A DNA stretch of 63,645 nt, filler included, from Reticulomyxa filosa (Eukaryota > Protista > Foraminifera), in the NCBI GenBank assembly GCA_000512085.1. It is 19 parts of 19 records of this genome, joined end to end, with 100 filler letters (N's around TTAATTAATTAA, not from the genome) between each part and the next. Parts side by side here need not be neighbours in the genome. Positions count along the whole stretch, not along the records: positions 35,827 to 43,774 come from ASPP01012858.1; positions 43,875 to 44,950 come from ASPP01026018.1; positions 45,051 to 46,398 come from ASPP01000451.1; positions 46,499 to 47,571 come from ASPP01043039.1; positions 47,672 to 48,944 come from ASPP01032374.1; positions 49,045 to 55,849 come from ASPP01026889.1; 13 more parts are not named here. One strand, 5' to 3'. The notes beneath the pieces were generated by a model. It ran no database searches. It was not told the origin of the DNA and saw only the letters and a list, made by a program, of their open reading frames with translations. This document shows positions 39,461-52,000 of the stretch, in pieces. The translations under genes and the position numbers were made by a program. How positions within the stretch are numbered: the first letter of the stretch is position 1; each line of letters starts with the position of its first letter.

Positions 39461-39999
39461 ATGTCTCGCGCAGATTTTGAAGATCTTGACGTTGAAATTG
39501 ATGATCATTCTGGAAAACGCAAAAAAGGAGACGGTAATGTAGCACGCAAAGGAAGGGGTCACGAGCGCAGCGAAGATCCGTTTCACTATACAAAATCGGG
39601 TGCTTTTGAAAGTGTTCCCCATGACAAAGAAGACCAAGACGTTCAAAGATGTATGCAATTGTTATTTTTTTTGTTTGTGTGCCTCTTCAAAGTTGCGATG
39701 TTGCGTTTAAAATAAAGACAAAAATACACATGAAAGCTGTAGAGGGATACGTGTTATTTGTTCGTGGGATTCACGAAGAAGCCAAAGACGATGATGTATA
39801 CGAAGTATTTGGTGAGTACGGACACATTAAACAATTACACTTGAACTTGGACCGCTTAACCGGGTTTGTCAAAGGATATGCATTGATTGAATATGCAACA
39901 TTCAAAGAAGCCAAAAGCACAAAAGACAATTTAGACGGTGCAAAGATTCTGGGAAGAGAAATCACTGTTGACTGGGCTTTCAAAAAACCTCCTCATTGA
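39461..39999 (+). CDS. RBM8A: Exon-junction complex RRM protein Y14 (RBM8A/tsunagi), intron 39651-39736
   Basis: RKGRG motif; spliced QRSVEGYVLFVRGIHEEA...FGEYGHIKQLHLNLDRLTGFVKGYALIEY...VDWAF. Confidence 0.95.
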
Positions 40000-40438
40000 A
40001 TATATCATCATTTTAAATGTTTTTTTTTTGCTACTGAACAAGCCAAATCTTTGTCCCTCCAAAAAACAAAAAAGCAATCCAATATGATATTTAATGACTG
40101 AAGGAACAAGGATACGAACGAAGATTTTTAAATCAAACAAACTGTTGCAAATAATGAAATAAATTATAATAATTTCAATATCCTTTTATTGTGCGATTTC
40201 TCTCGTTTATCGAATTTTTTTTAAAGAAAATAATTAATCATAGATTCTCGCAACTTGCCATTTTTAATATTAAACAGAAACTAAAAACAGATAAAAGTGG
40301 TTCATATAACATATCCAAGATATTTCTTAGTGCGCCTGCTCTACAAAGAACCACTTTACTGTGCTGCGAAACAGAAGAGGAGTTTTTAAAGAGGGGGAAA
40401 CATTTCAAAGCAAAATATAAAAAACAAACTACGCAAGA

Positions 40439-43400
40439 ATGAATGCAGCAAATTTGCGCATATGTTACGACGACGAGGTTGAAATGTCAGACGGAAGAAA
40501 AGGAGCAGTAAAATATATAGGGCACACAGACTTTTTCCAGGACGAACGTGGTTTGGGGTTGAGTTAAAAAGTGGCGATGGCAATCACAACGGAAAAGTGA
40601 GAAATCGAGTGTACTTTTCTTGTCAGCCAAATTACGGAGTATTTGTGCAGGCCAGAGAAATTACAACAATTTTGAAAAGTATGAAAACGTCGCGGCTACA
40701 CGCATGTAGCAAGGAGAAAGAGAGAGCTGTGAAAAAAAAGGGAGAGAATCAAATGAACTTCGACATTTGTTCTTTTGCTAATTTGTGTGTGTGTGTGTAT
40801 AAATGAAGGAAATGAGCAATTACCGGAAATAGCAATAAACGAATTGGTACATGTAAACAACTATGGGAAGGGACGCGTGCGGTTCATTGGGCAAACAATG
40901 TTCGACGAGACTGGGATATGGTATGGAATCGAGTTGGACAAAGGTGACAAAAAGGCGAAAAAGGGGAACACAAACGGGAGTATCGACAATGTGGTATACT
41001 TCAAATGCGACAGCGAATGTGGGGTATTTGTGCGATCAAACCAATTAAAAATTCAGGGGAACAATGGTATTTTTTTTTTTTTGGTTGGTACATTTTTTTT
41101 TTTAAAAAAAAAAGGGGTTTAAAAAAAATGGTTGGCATTTATAATCGATCATACTATCGCACAAAAGTAATAAAATGATGTACATAACAAAAAAGGGGGA
41201 AGGAGGGAGGGATAAATTACGTTCTGTTCATTTGATTTGTTAATTAATTAAATTTAATGTAATGTAATAAAATAAAATAAAAACAGAAAACAAAGAAAGC
41301 AAAGAATCACTAATCAAGCGGACGTTTTCAGGAGTGGGCATAATGAAAAAGCTCCCCGTGTTGAAATCTCGCAAAGTGGAAACGACGGAAAGTAATAGCC
41401 AGGTCTCCGCGGACAGTACGCCAGTGAGCTGCGTGCCTGCAAAGATAGCAGTGAGGGTGGACACCAGCAGGTCGCATTCGGCGCACAGTGTCGCGCAAAC
41501 GGTGTCGTCGCCACTTTCGAATAAAAGCAAAGAGATGACACAATCGAAGACAATTGAGGAAGAAGAAGAAGAGGAAGCAAAAGAAGTAGAAGAAGAAGAA
41601 GAAGAAGAAAAAGAAAAGAAAGAGGAGGAGGAGGAGGAGGAAGAACAAGAAGAGCAACAAGAAGAAGAAGAATTACAAACGTCACCGACAGAGGCTAGTA
41701 CACCAAGCTCATTAGTGATCAAGCGTAGCGTGAATTCCACTCCTTATAGTCGGCTGAATTCGAGACTGTCGTCTTCGGCTCACACGAGTGTAATTGAACC
41801 CTCATCTACATCCACGTCCACATCGATGTCAGGGAGAACGGGGACGGGGATAGCAGTGGGGTCCGGAGTAGGAGCAGGAGCAGGAGCAGGAGCAGGGGCA
41901 GGAACAGGAACAAGCACAGGCACAGGCACAGGAGCAGGAACAGGGGGAAATACAGGGGTAGGGACAGGGTCTGGGATGACACCCTCTTTTCTCAGTGAGT
42001 CGTTTCAGTCGTGGTCGAAAAAGAGACAAGACTCGTTGTCGACGTCTTCCAAAGACGCCGAGTCAGTGATCAAAAAGGCCCCACCGATTCTCCATCCGAC
42101 CACGATCACACTTTGCTCCTTACCCGATGAAGACGACGGTCGAAGCGATTGCGACTACGACCACGGATGCAGCAAAAATGCAGCCCGTCGGTGTCCACAT
42201 CATCGCATTTATGACGATGACGATGAGGACGATGATGATAGAGATAGCGATGATATTATTTCTGCCGCCTCGTATTTGAATAGACGCATATCTACTTCGA
42301 CAATCGCATTGAGTCGTCGTAACTCTGAGTTTTCTTGCGGTTTCAAGCCGACCATAAGTCCAAAACGAAAGAGCGGTCAATTTGGCGTCTTGCAACAACG
42401 ACTACAAAAACAACAACAACAGCAACAACAACAACAACAACAGCAACAACAACAGCAGCAGATTAATGCACAAAAAAGAAAATCCACCATCTCGTCTTCC
42501 AAAGCCTGTCGCCATGAGTCCATCAGCTGTGAACATGACAATAGTCATGCCTGCGAACTCAAAGCTAAACTGCAACAGCTCAAACTTAAAACCAACGCCA
42601 ACAGCGTCCCTAGTGACAAGAACAAGAACAAGGACAAGGATAAGGACAAGAATGCCAGCACTGGCAGTGACAACGACGCGAGTCCTGGGAAAAAAAAGAA
42701 AGCGACAAATCCCAAAACCTGCCATAGCAAGTCCATCGTTATTCCAAAGACGGCCGAAAAACCCAAGCTTCCCAAACAAAAGCAGAGTGATGATGCTTCA
42801 AACAACGGCAAACACGACCCCCCGAAAAGCCCAATGACTCAAAAAGTTCAGCCCAACAAGTCCCTCGCCAAGTTGTCTCGCACCGTCAAAAAAAGTGACA
42901 AAGATGAAGATCCTCAAAAAATCACTTTGAAAAAACACAAACGAAACAGCGAAAATGCATGTTACAATCGCTGTAAAATGGATACTGCCACTCTCAATAG
43001 CAAACTTCTCAAAGGTTTTTATTCACATGCGTATATAATTATATCCAATAATATATACATATATATGTATAATAGTGTATCTGAGTGTGTGTGTGTGTGT
43101 ATGTGTTGTGCATTATGTGGATAGTGAACATAAAGTCGTCGTCCGTCACCATTTTGAGCCAACCGAATGAACAAGAAAACAACCAAAACACTTGTTCCAA
43201 GAAAAAAAGCCCCATTCCTCGCGCGGACCAAACTTCCAAACGAACGTCGGAAAGTTCCGAGTGGAAGCAAGCTGATCTATCACAAGACAGTGCTAACGTG
43301 AAGGCCAACGACAGCAGTGCATCTCCGTCAAAGACAAAGACGGGCAAATCCAAGAAAAAAACGAAAACAAAAACAAAAGACAAAACCAAGACAAAAACTA

Positions 43401-43651
43401 AGACGAAGACCAAGACGAAAACGAAAACCAAGACAAAGTCAAAGGCAAAAACTAAAACGAAAGGACAAGCAAAAACCAAGACAAAGACCAAAACCAAGAC
43501 AAAAACCAAAACAAAGACAAAGACAAAGACCAAAACCAAAACCAAAACCAAAACAAACAAAGAAAAAGCTCCCCTGAAAAAGCCGCGGCCAATGGAGCAA
43601 CAGAGAGCCAAGCGGACAGCAAATCAAGAAGCTGTTCCACCACGATCTTGA
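40439..43651 (+). CDS. Protein with two N-terminal CAP-Gly domains and a long low-complexity tail (poly-E, GA/GT, poly-Q, KT repeats); multi-exon, one frameshift at ~40535
   Basis: WFGVELKSGDGNHNGKVRNRVYFSCQPNYGVFV and GRVRFIG..GIWYGIELD..GNTNGSIDNVVYFKC..GVFVR. Confidence 0.85.
43361..43560 (+). repeat. Coding hexanucleotide repeat encoding (KT)n
   Basis: AARACN repeats translate to >30 Lys-Thr-type units. Confidence 0.9.
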
Positions 43652-43729
43652 ATGAGAGCAACAAGAAGCAACCAATCCGTCATACTCAAGCTCTTCGTAT
43701 TAGTACCAGTTTATTTTTTAACCAAACTT

Positions 43730-43769
<40 letters not shown>

Positions 43770-43874
43770 TTTTTNNNNNNNNNNNNNNNNNNNNNNNNNN
43801 NNNNNNNNNNNNNNNNNNTTAATTAATTAANNNNNNNNNNNNNNNNNNNNNNNNNNNNNNNNNNNNNNNNNNNN

Positions 43875-44950
43875 GCAGAGTTTCCATCCAACGATATCAG
43901 TATTTATTCTTGTGTCGGCTAACTCCACTTCACAAATGGTGAGTTATTCGAATATGGAAGCTTTGCAGTTGTTTATTCCAATGTGGTCAATTTTCCATGC
44001 CAATTTCCATAGTCGATATCCCAACGTTAAATCGTGATCTGGAAATTTCTCACTCAATCTCACACAATTGGCTGATCACGTTTACAGTATCATATGCTGT
44101 CGAATTCATAACTCCAAGAATTCTACACATTGATATTCTTTGAATCCTTTCTAATCTTCGTTTGTGACAATCAGCAGCATCATTCCAAAATACACATGCA
44201 TATTCCAATGATGGCCTGATAATTGTCTTATATAATATATTATGCACACTCAAAATTGTCGGGAATCCACAATCAATCCCAAATACTTGACCATGATCTG
44301 ATTGTTCATCTTTGGATACTTGGCTTTATTATTCTTTTTGAATGTAATAAATTGTGTCTTATCGAGTGCCAATAATTTCCATATGGATGCTCATAATGAT
44401 ACATTATCCAGACTTTGTTGTAACGATAATAATTGGTTTCCCATTTCAATTTTATCACTGGTATAAATAGATGTTCATAATACAACATCATCTGCAAACA
44501 TTCCACATTGGATTGTATGTTGAACTGCTTGTGTGATGTCATTAATGTACAACGGGAATATCAAATGATATAATGATGAACATTGTGGTACTGATAGAAA
44601 ACTATCCAACAACCAATACAATTTTCCTTTTAATCCAAATTCATGTCGCATTTTATATCTTAATCCATCTCTCTAAACACTATTATATGCAAATGAAATA
44701 TCCAATCTGCATACGTGACAGCATTGTGATCGAAGATAGATTCCGTCAGTCTAAATAACAACTTCGAAGTGTTATGCCATGACTGGCAAATACTGTGATC
44801 TCGATCACAATTTGGGCATATATCAAATTCTAAAGCTCAAGCAAATTTATTATAGTATTTGGTTATGAATATCATCTATACCTTGTGCTTTATTCGTTAT
44901 ATGTGCCACTTCTTCTTCTGTTATTTCAAATTGATGATACTCATCTTGTT
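43875..44950 (-). mobile_element. Decayed non-LTR retrotransposon (LINE) reverse transcriptase remnant
   Basis: AQGIDDIH (~APGPDGI), FPLYINDI, GMFADD, LYKTIIRPSLEYACVFW..LERIQR; multiple stops and frameshifts. Confidence 0.88.
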
Positions 44951-45050
44951 NNNNNNNNNNNNNNNNNNNNNNNNNNNNNNNNNNNNNNNNNNNNTTAATT
45001 AATTAANNNNNNNNNNNNNNNNNNNNNNNNNNNNNNNNNNNNNNNNNNNN

Positions 45051-45462
45051 TTGGATTAGGAGTGTAAAATATGGATCAAATGAATTAGTGAATATAATAT
45101 TATCTGGATCAAATGATAAAAGTGTTCGTTTGTGGGATATTCGATCTGGTCAGCAAATTCAAGTGTTCAATGGACATACAAACTGGGTTCGTACTGTTGA
45201 ATATTCACCATTTGTAATAAAGAATAGTAGTGGTAATTCAAATGTGATAAGTTCCGGAGCAGGTGATAAAACAATCCGTTTTTGGGATATTCGTTCAAAT
45301 AAGAATGAATTGCATGTGATGAAAGTAGGTGAAGGAGTATTATATCTTAAATTTATAGAATTAAAAAGGAAAATAAATAACAATGAACAAAAATCAAATG
45401 TTAACATTTTTTTTAACTTATGTTACGGTTTAGCCAATGGCTCAATTTATGTTTATGGATGA
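45051..45462 (+). CDS. WD40-repeat protein, C-terminal part
   Basis: ILSGSNDKSVRLWDIRSGQQIQVFNGHTNWVRTVEYSP...GDKTIRFWDIR. Confidence 0.88.
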
Positions 45463-46090
45463 ACTTATATGAATGCAGTTTTTGATTTATCAGTTGTTTT
45501 TTTTTAGTGAAAAGACATTGACAAGGGCTTATTTTGATTTTCATTTCAATTTATTCAATTTAAAATTTGGATTGTTGTAAATTCTTTAAAGTCTTTTCTT
45601 TAAAAAAATTCATTGAGTCAAGTTAACAAGAATACTTTCTCCAATAATTTACCTTCAATTCTTTCCTTTTTTGATGAGTTGTAATCTCTTTCAAATTTTT
45701 CCTTCGAAACATTATTAAATATACAACATAAAATATGTTGAAGAATGTTTTTTCAACATCTTTATTTTCAATTTAATTTGATATATGTGATGAAAACACA
45801 AGGAACGATTGTCCAGATTGGCTTCTTGCTAAATTTTCTCTTTCCAATAATTAATTGTAATAATTAAGAAACTGGAATTATTTTAGACAGTCAGCATTTT
45901 TGCGTAAAAGAATTATGTTCAGTTTTTCGTGTTTTTGAAAAGAAAAATTGATTAAATTGTTTTCAACAGAGTGTACATTTTCTTTGACAAAGAACAAAAA
46001 TATTTGAAAGTTAATTTAATGTTTTGCACACAATTCATACTCTACAATGTCAAATTTGAATTGTTGTTGTACACTAGAATGTATTCAATA

Positions 46091-46245
46091 TACAGTAGAG
46101 TGCAAAGTAAAGTTGACCCCTAAAATGGCACCTTATAGAGATGATCGATTTTCTACATGAAAAAACAACATTCAGACATAATTTTTTTTTTAAAAATATC
46201 TACGAATCGTGTATTTTTAAATATCATTTTGAATTTAGTTTTTAT
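46091..46245 (+). mobile_element. Terminus of a putative Tc1/mariner-type element or MITE (copy 2)
   Basis: TA|CAGTAGAGTGCAAAGTAAAGTTGACCCCTAAAATGGCA; homologous to 35564-35700. Confidence 0.55.
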
Positions 46246-46559
46246 TACATCTTTACTAATTATTTCAATATTTATCATTTATTTTTCTTTTCTTTTTTTA
46301 GCTCAATGTAGTTCGATATTTGAGTTTTTAAATTATTTTTTTGAAAATTGTAAAGTGGTTTTGCTTTGTAGTGTTAGGACCTGTTTATGCATGTAACANN
46401 NNNNNNNNNNNNNNNNNNNNNNNNNNNNNNNNNNNNNNNNNNTTAATTAATTAANNNNNNNNNNNNNNNNNNNNNNNNNNNNNNNNNNNNNNNNNNNNAA
46501 AAAAAATGGAAAATCGCACATTTTTATGTTATTTTGTTTTTTAAAAAAATATATAATTA

Positions 46560-47571
46560 AGAACATGATCAGCGGAGCCTCCCAAGCTGATGTTGCTTTA
46601 TTGATGGTCCCTGCAAGCAAAGGTGGTTTTGAAACTTCGATCGCAAAAGGAAACCACAAGAAAGGGTATGCATTGTTTTGTAAAAGGGAGTAAAAGTGCA
46701 AAAAAAAAAATTCGCAGTAATTTTCTTACCTTAAAAATGTTTTGGATAATAAAAATATAGAAATTCAAGGACAAACCAGACAACATGCTCGATTGTGCCA
46801 CTTGTTGGGAATTGAGCAGTTGATAGTATGTGTGAACAAAATGGATGATCCTTCAGTCAACCACGCTCAAGATCGCTTTGAGGAAATCAAATCAAAAGTC
46901 GAGAAAATGTTAACAAAGATCGGATACAAAACGAAAAAAACCCATTTATTCCAATGAGTGGATTTAAAGGAGAAAATTTGACAAAAGTAAGTGAAAACAT
47001 GCCATAGTGGAAAGAATTTTCAGTCCAGATTGAAAAACATACCGTTACTGGTGTAACATTGATTGATGCTTTGGAGAAAACAGTCGGTCAACCAAAAAGA
47101 CCAATAAAGAAACCATTCCGTATGCCAGTCAGTGGTGTTTATAATATTAAAGGATTGTGTGATATGATTACTGGGCGTATTAAATAATGAACAATTCCAC
47201 TGGTATCCCTGCTCGTTTTTATCCAACGAACGCAACTGACAAAGCATTTTCCATTGAAATGCACCACAAAACAGTCGACAAAGCCAAAGCTAGTGGTGTA
47301 AACGTGAAAAATTTGAAAAAGGAAAATATGCACACACTGGTGATGTGGTGTGCATTGATGACCCTGCTGTAGATTATAACCCACCAAAACAAGCAGCCAA
47401 TTTACCGCTTTGGTATTTGTTCAAGATCATCCAGAACAATTGAAAGAATCAACTAATGACGAAAAAGGCAACTATAAAGGAGGATTTACCCAATCGATTC
47501 ATGTCCGAACTGATAAAACTTCTTGTCAAATGTTGGAAATCAAATGTAAAATGGGAAAAGCAACAAACAAC
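46560..47571 (+). pseudogene. EFL: Elongation factor-like (EFL) pseudogene
   Basis: [46 protein letters not shown] (EFL-type insertion), VNKMD, PFRMPVSGVYNIKG, VFVQDHP; in-frame stops and frameshifts. Confidence 0.88.
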
Positions 47572-47810
47572 NNNNNNNNNNNNNNNNNNNNNNNNNNNNN
47601 NNNNNNNNNNNNNNNTTAATTAATTAANNNNNNNNNNNNNNNNNNNNNNNNNNNNNNNNNNNNNNNNNNNNAAAAAAAAAAATAAATAAAAATATATATT
47701 GCTCTTTTTTTTTTTTTTTTTTATTGCTACTAAATATATCTCAATGTTTGATTGGTACCTCTCACACAATATATTACACTCAAGTCTCGCCCGTGTCCAA
47801 CAGAGAACGC

Positions 47811-48206
47811 ATGGAATCGAACACCTCCGACTCCGAACAACTGTTCACCAACAAACGCCAGGAAACAGCGGGTCTGACCGACGGAGACGATGCCGTGGCT
47901 CGGGACATGGATCTTCTTGTAACCACGGCCGAGGAAGGGGAACGCGACAGAGGGCCCACCAGAACGGAGCAGGATGGTCCGGAGGGCGCCGGGAACGAAG
48001 GTGGAGAAGATACTGCTATGTCTGCGTTGGCTCAGTTGGGATTGTATGAGCGATATCACTCCGTTTTTGAACAACATGGAATCACTGAAGAAGCCTTTGA
48101 CAACTTAACCGAAGCTGACTTGGAAAGCTTATTCCCACGAGTGGCCGATAGGGCCAAATTCAGAAGGTACTTAGCCACTAGAGGCGACACCACAAACAAG
48201 ACGTAA
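47811..48206 (+). CDS. Small SAM-domain protein (start uncertain)
   Basis: LAQLGLYERYHSVFEQHGITEEAFDNLTEADLESLFPRVADRAKF is a SAM consensus. Confidence 0.8.
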   Translation: MESNTSDSEQLFTNKRQETAGLTDGDDAVARDMDLLVTTAEEGERDRGPTRTEQDGPEGAGNEGGEDTAMSALAQLGLYERYHSVFEQHGITEEAFDNLTEADLESLFPRVADRAKFRRYLATRGDTTNKT

Positions 48207-49044
48207 ATTCATTATCATTCATAAAATTAAATTAACAAAACAAAACAAAACAAAACAAAGTAGCAAACAATATTAGTATTACTTGGTTGGCTGTCCTTTG
48301 AGTCCTTTTTTGTTTTCCTCTCTTTGTATATTGATGATTGCACATTGCTGCATTCTTTTTTTTCCTTATGTCGCATACATACATTTTCCACGGCTTACCT
48401 CTTTTCTTTTTCCTGTTACTGTTGTGCTTTTTTTCCGTATGCTGTTAAAAGATTTTAAAAAATAAACTATTAAACTATTAGAAGCAACACCCCATTTATT
48501 TCAAAACGGCTGTAAACTGTTCTTTATTTTCATTTTTTTCTGAAGATAATTTGTTCAACCGTTCAAAGTGATTTGATTTCAGTAAAGTAAAAAACCCCTT
48601 TTCAGAGTTTTTTTTAAAATGATGAAGATGGAATTATAACTCTTGAGCAATTTTACGACCAAGTCGCTGATAGTGACTCACCCTGCGAATTAAAATTGAA
48701 CTTGTTTGTTTTTGGCAAGAAAGAATGTTGAAACTTGGCTGGTTCTCTCGTGACAGTTTTCAGGGTACTGCCGGTCATTATCCAGGGACTGATTTATCCA
48801 CAAGTCAAATCACCAGTTTCCACACTTTTCATAAAATAATGCATGTTGGTTTTTTCAAAAAAAAAAGATGGAAAAACAAATGTGTAAGAAACAGAGAAGC
48901 AAAGAAAAAAAATAGATAGATAAAAAAAAAAAAAAGGAAAGAGGNNNNNNNNNNNNNNNNNNNNNNNNNNNNNNNNNNNNNNNNNNNNTTAATTAATTAA
49001 NNNNNNNNNNNNNNNNNNNNNNNNNNNNNNNNNNNNNNNNNNNN

Positions 49045-52000
49045 TTCCTCTTCAAACAGCGCAAATGATGCTGTTGGAAACAAAGGCTTTTGCTCCTCTT
49101 TTTTTTGCTCCCCACTAATGTCTTTATCACTCGGCTGCTTTTGTTCTGGAGTCGTAGTTGTCGCACTCGTGCCTGGTTCGCTTGCACTTGGGTGGTTCAA
49201 ATTGGCCTGTGCTTTTTGGTGTTGTGTTTGCTTTTCTTTATAACTTTCCATTTTGAAGTCCACTTCTTCAAAGCTAAACCAATAATTCCATTGTTTCAAC
49301 AGCTGCGCAGCAGGTCCCATCCAACGTAATGCCAATGGTTTAATTGCATTGGCGATGACACGCACTCGTTCTGATAGGATTCTCAAATCATTGCTGCTCA
49401 ATTTCTCAATTGCAGTTTTTCTTTTGAATGAAGGACTCCAATTTTCTTTGTCCCCTTCAATGCCGACGTTATGTTCTTCGTCGGTATGAAGTGAAGATAT
49501 GTTGGCCTGTTGTTGACAATATTGCCTCGCCAAACTGGCAATGCCACCATGTTTGATCATTGCCGCTTGCACTGCTCGTACTGCTCGCTTCCATTCTCCC
49601 ATAAATTTTGGATTCACCATAAATCGTCCTTGTTGCTTCTCAAACATTTCTATCAACGCATTGGTATAAGGCTTGCCTTCAATGTAATCCAGCAAAAAGG
49701 ACAAATTGGCTTTCAATTCCAACGACGCTGACCGCGGAGGCGATAAAGTGGAATCAAAGGATAAGTCTTTACTCAATGACGTATTTTCGATGGTAGACGG
49801 GTCTTCCAAGCCCAATGACAATAATCCATTGCATGCCACTTTTTTCAATTGGTCCTTTGTATACGTCGAGTCTGCCATTGTGCTGTCACCTGGACCATCA
49901 CTGGCATTATGTATGGAAGACACTCCAGAAGATACATCTTTGTGATCCGGAGCCGCACCAAACTCCTTTGATAGAGAATCCAAAGCATCCATTTCCATAT
50001 CCGAGCTGTTCAAATAAGGATAAAAGTCTCGATCGTGTGATGTCGTTGGCTCTCCACGAATCAAACTGGCACACAGTTTGGCAAGCAAACCACTTGCAGT
50101 AGCTGACATATCCATAAGCCATGGCAGTACGTTTGTAATAACACCTTGCGCAACAATTCGAAAGCCCCAACGCGTTTGACGATTGCCCTTTTCACGCTGC
50201 GATCTCGCAGACATAGTAAGGGTGATAGAATTGGAAGGAATCAACATACTCGAACGTGGCCACGATTGTCGAGGCGGTCCATAAAATGAGCCATTGGGCA
50301 CCAATTCTTCAGATGACGCATTTTCGTCGAAAAAGACTTGTAGCATATCCATATTGCTAACCGTGGAACAACGTGGATCAAATGTCAAGCGAATGCTATC
50401 AGCGTGCGGGAAAGTGACAGTTTGTCGGAAGATTTGAATGCCTGCAGGATAAGGATGAGATGTCTCCAATACTTGAATTTCGGAAGTCAGTTCGCCAGTT
50501 ATCTGTCGAACAAACCTTTGATCATATTTGGACATATTGGGTAGCATTTCATTTAATCGGTTCAATTCTCGAACGAAACTCCACACGCATGGAATCAATG
50601 ACGAAGCCAATCCTTTGTTCACCACTATTTTGTCACTTCCAAGAGCGGTTAACAATGTTGGTAATAACGATAACAAACTTAATCGCAAACATTCGGTGAA
50701 CTCTTCCTCTTCTTCGTCGTCAATTTCATTGATATCTTTATCTTGTCCTTCTTTCTTGTCGTCAGTCAATTTGTCTTTGGCCTCTTTCGCTTTGTCCACT
50801 TCAGCAGGTACAGATGTTCCTTTTTTCTTTTCTTGCTCTTGTGCTTGTGTGTCCGACTTGTTCTTGTCGGCTGCAGATGCTACTTTGCTTTTGAGGTATT
50901 CCGTTTGTTCTTTGATAATTTGCGTCGTTGCAGACAACAAAATGGAAGCAAATTGCAGAAAACGTACAAAATAGCTTCGCTCGGTCTCCTCCATCTTTTT
51001 TTTTATTTCTTCATTGACTACGGCTAATGTCTTGTCAGGAATAAGCAGTCGCGATTTTAGTATCAAATCCTTCTGCAATCCTGCCAACAGTCGGATCGCA
51101 CTCTGTTCCGATGCACTCGACACATTCTCCAATCCCAATGTGTTTATCTGCATTTTTTATTGTTTGAGAGGTATATGTTATTTAATATATATGCACATAT
51201 AATTGATGCACATATATGTGTAAATAGCTTAACGTATTGGCTGACACAAAATTCGATCAATTCTTGCAAAACATTGACAGAATGATGCTCAGAGGGACTT
51301 CGTGCGAGTGATCTTGGATTCTTCATGTCCGAAGAGGTTTCATTTGTTTTCGACTCTTTTTCTTGTTTCGAGTCGGAGGAATAGCTTTGCATGGTGGTGA
51401 TCAGGGCATCCTCTGCGCGTTTGAGCATCGATTCTCGTGGCAACAACATATCTGCCAAATCGTCTTTGGTAGAAAAGCGATCAAACAGTCGCAATAACAC
51501 TTGTTCATAAACCTCTTTTTGGGAATACCCTTTTGTCAATTTGTGAATAGCAGCTCCATATTTTTTGGCTTTCTTTTTTCGACCTGGTTTTCTTCCTTTT
51601 TCGTGATGTTCTTTCGTTGCTTTTCCATGCCTTGCTTTTGCATCCTTCTCGGCACTTATTTCTTGTGACTGCGATCTGCGCATTTCCAATACCTTGTCTT
51701 TGCGATGCAGACTTACGGCGGCAATGATATCGGACAAAAATTTCAATTTATTTTCGGGCAATGGATACATGACATCAAATGCGCGAATCAACGTTTCAAT
51801 AGCCTGTTCACGAATCTCATCTATTCCGTCTGTTTCCTCATTTTTCTCACCACAAAAATCAATCACCCCAAATGTGTCTTCCCATTTCACACGTGCACCT
51901 ACTGCTTCTTGTCCTGTTATTGCCCCTACTTGTGCGTCCGTCTTCTCCTCCTTCACTTCATTCGTTTCAATTGTTTGTGCTTCTGCTTTAACATCACTTG

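Noticed and set aside
41240-41251. TTAATTAATTAA without N flanks
   Set aside because: Lies inside an AT-rich intron of the CAP-Gly gene; most likely a chance occurrence, not a hidden join
41240-43675. Long antisense ORFs (poly-F/V/L/S), also seen opposite BRR2 and the 49-56 kb gene
   Set aside because: Shadow frames of low-complexity coding repeats
10790-47571. In-frame stops in actin, tubulin and EFL suggesting an alternative genetic code
   Set aside because: The stops come with frameshifts and degenerate residues, while intact genes (BRR2, PP1, Y14) read normally in the standard code
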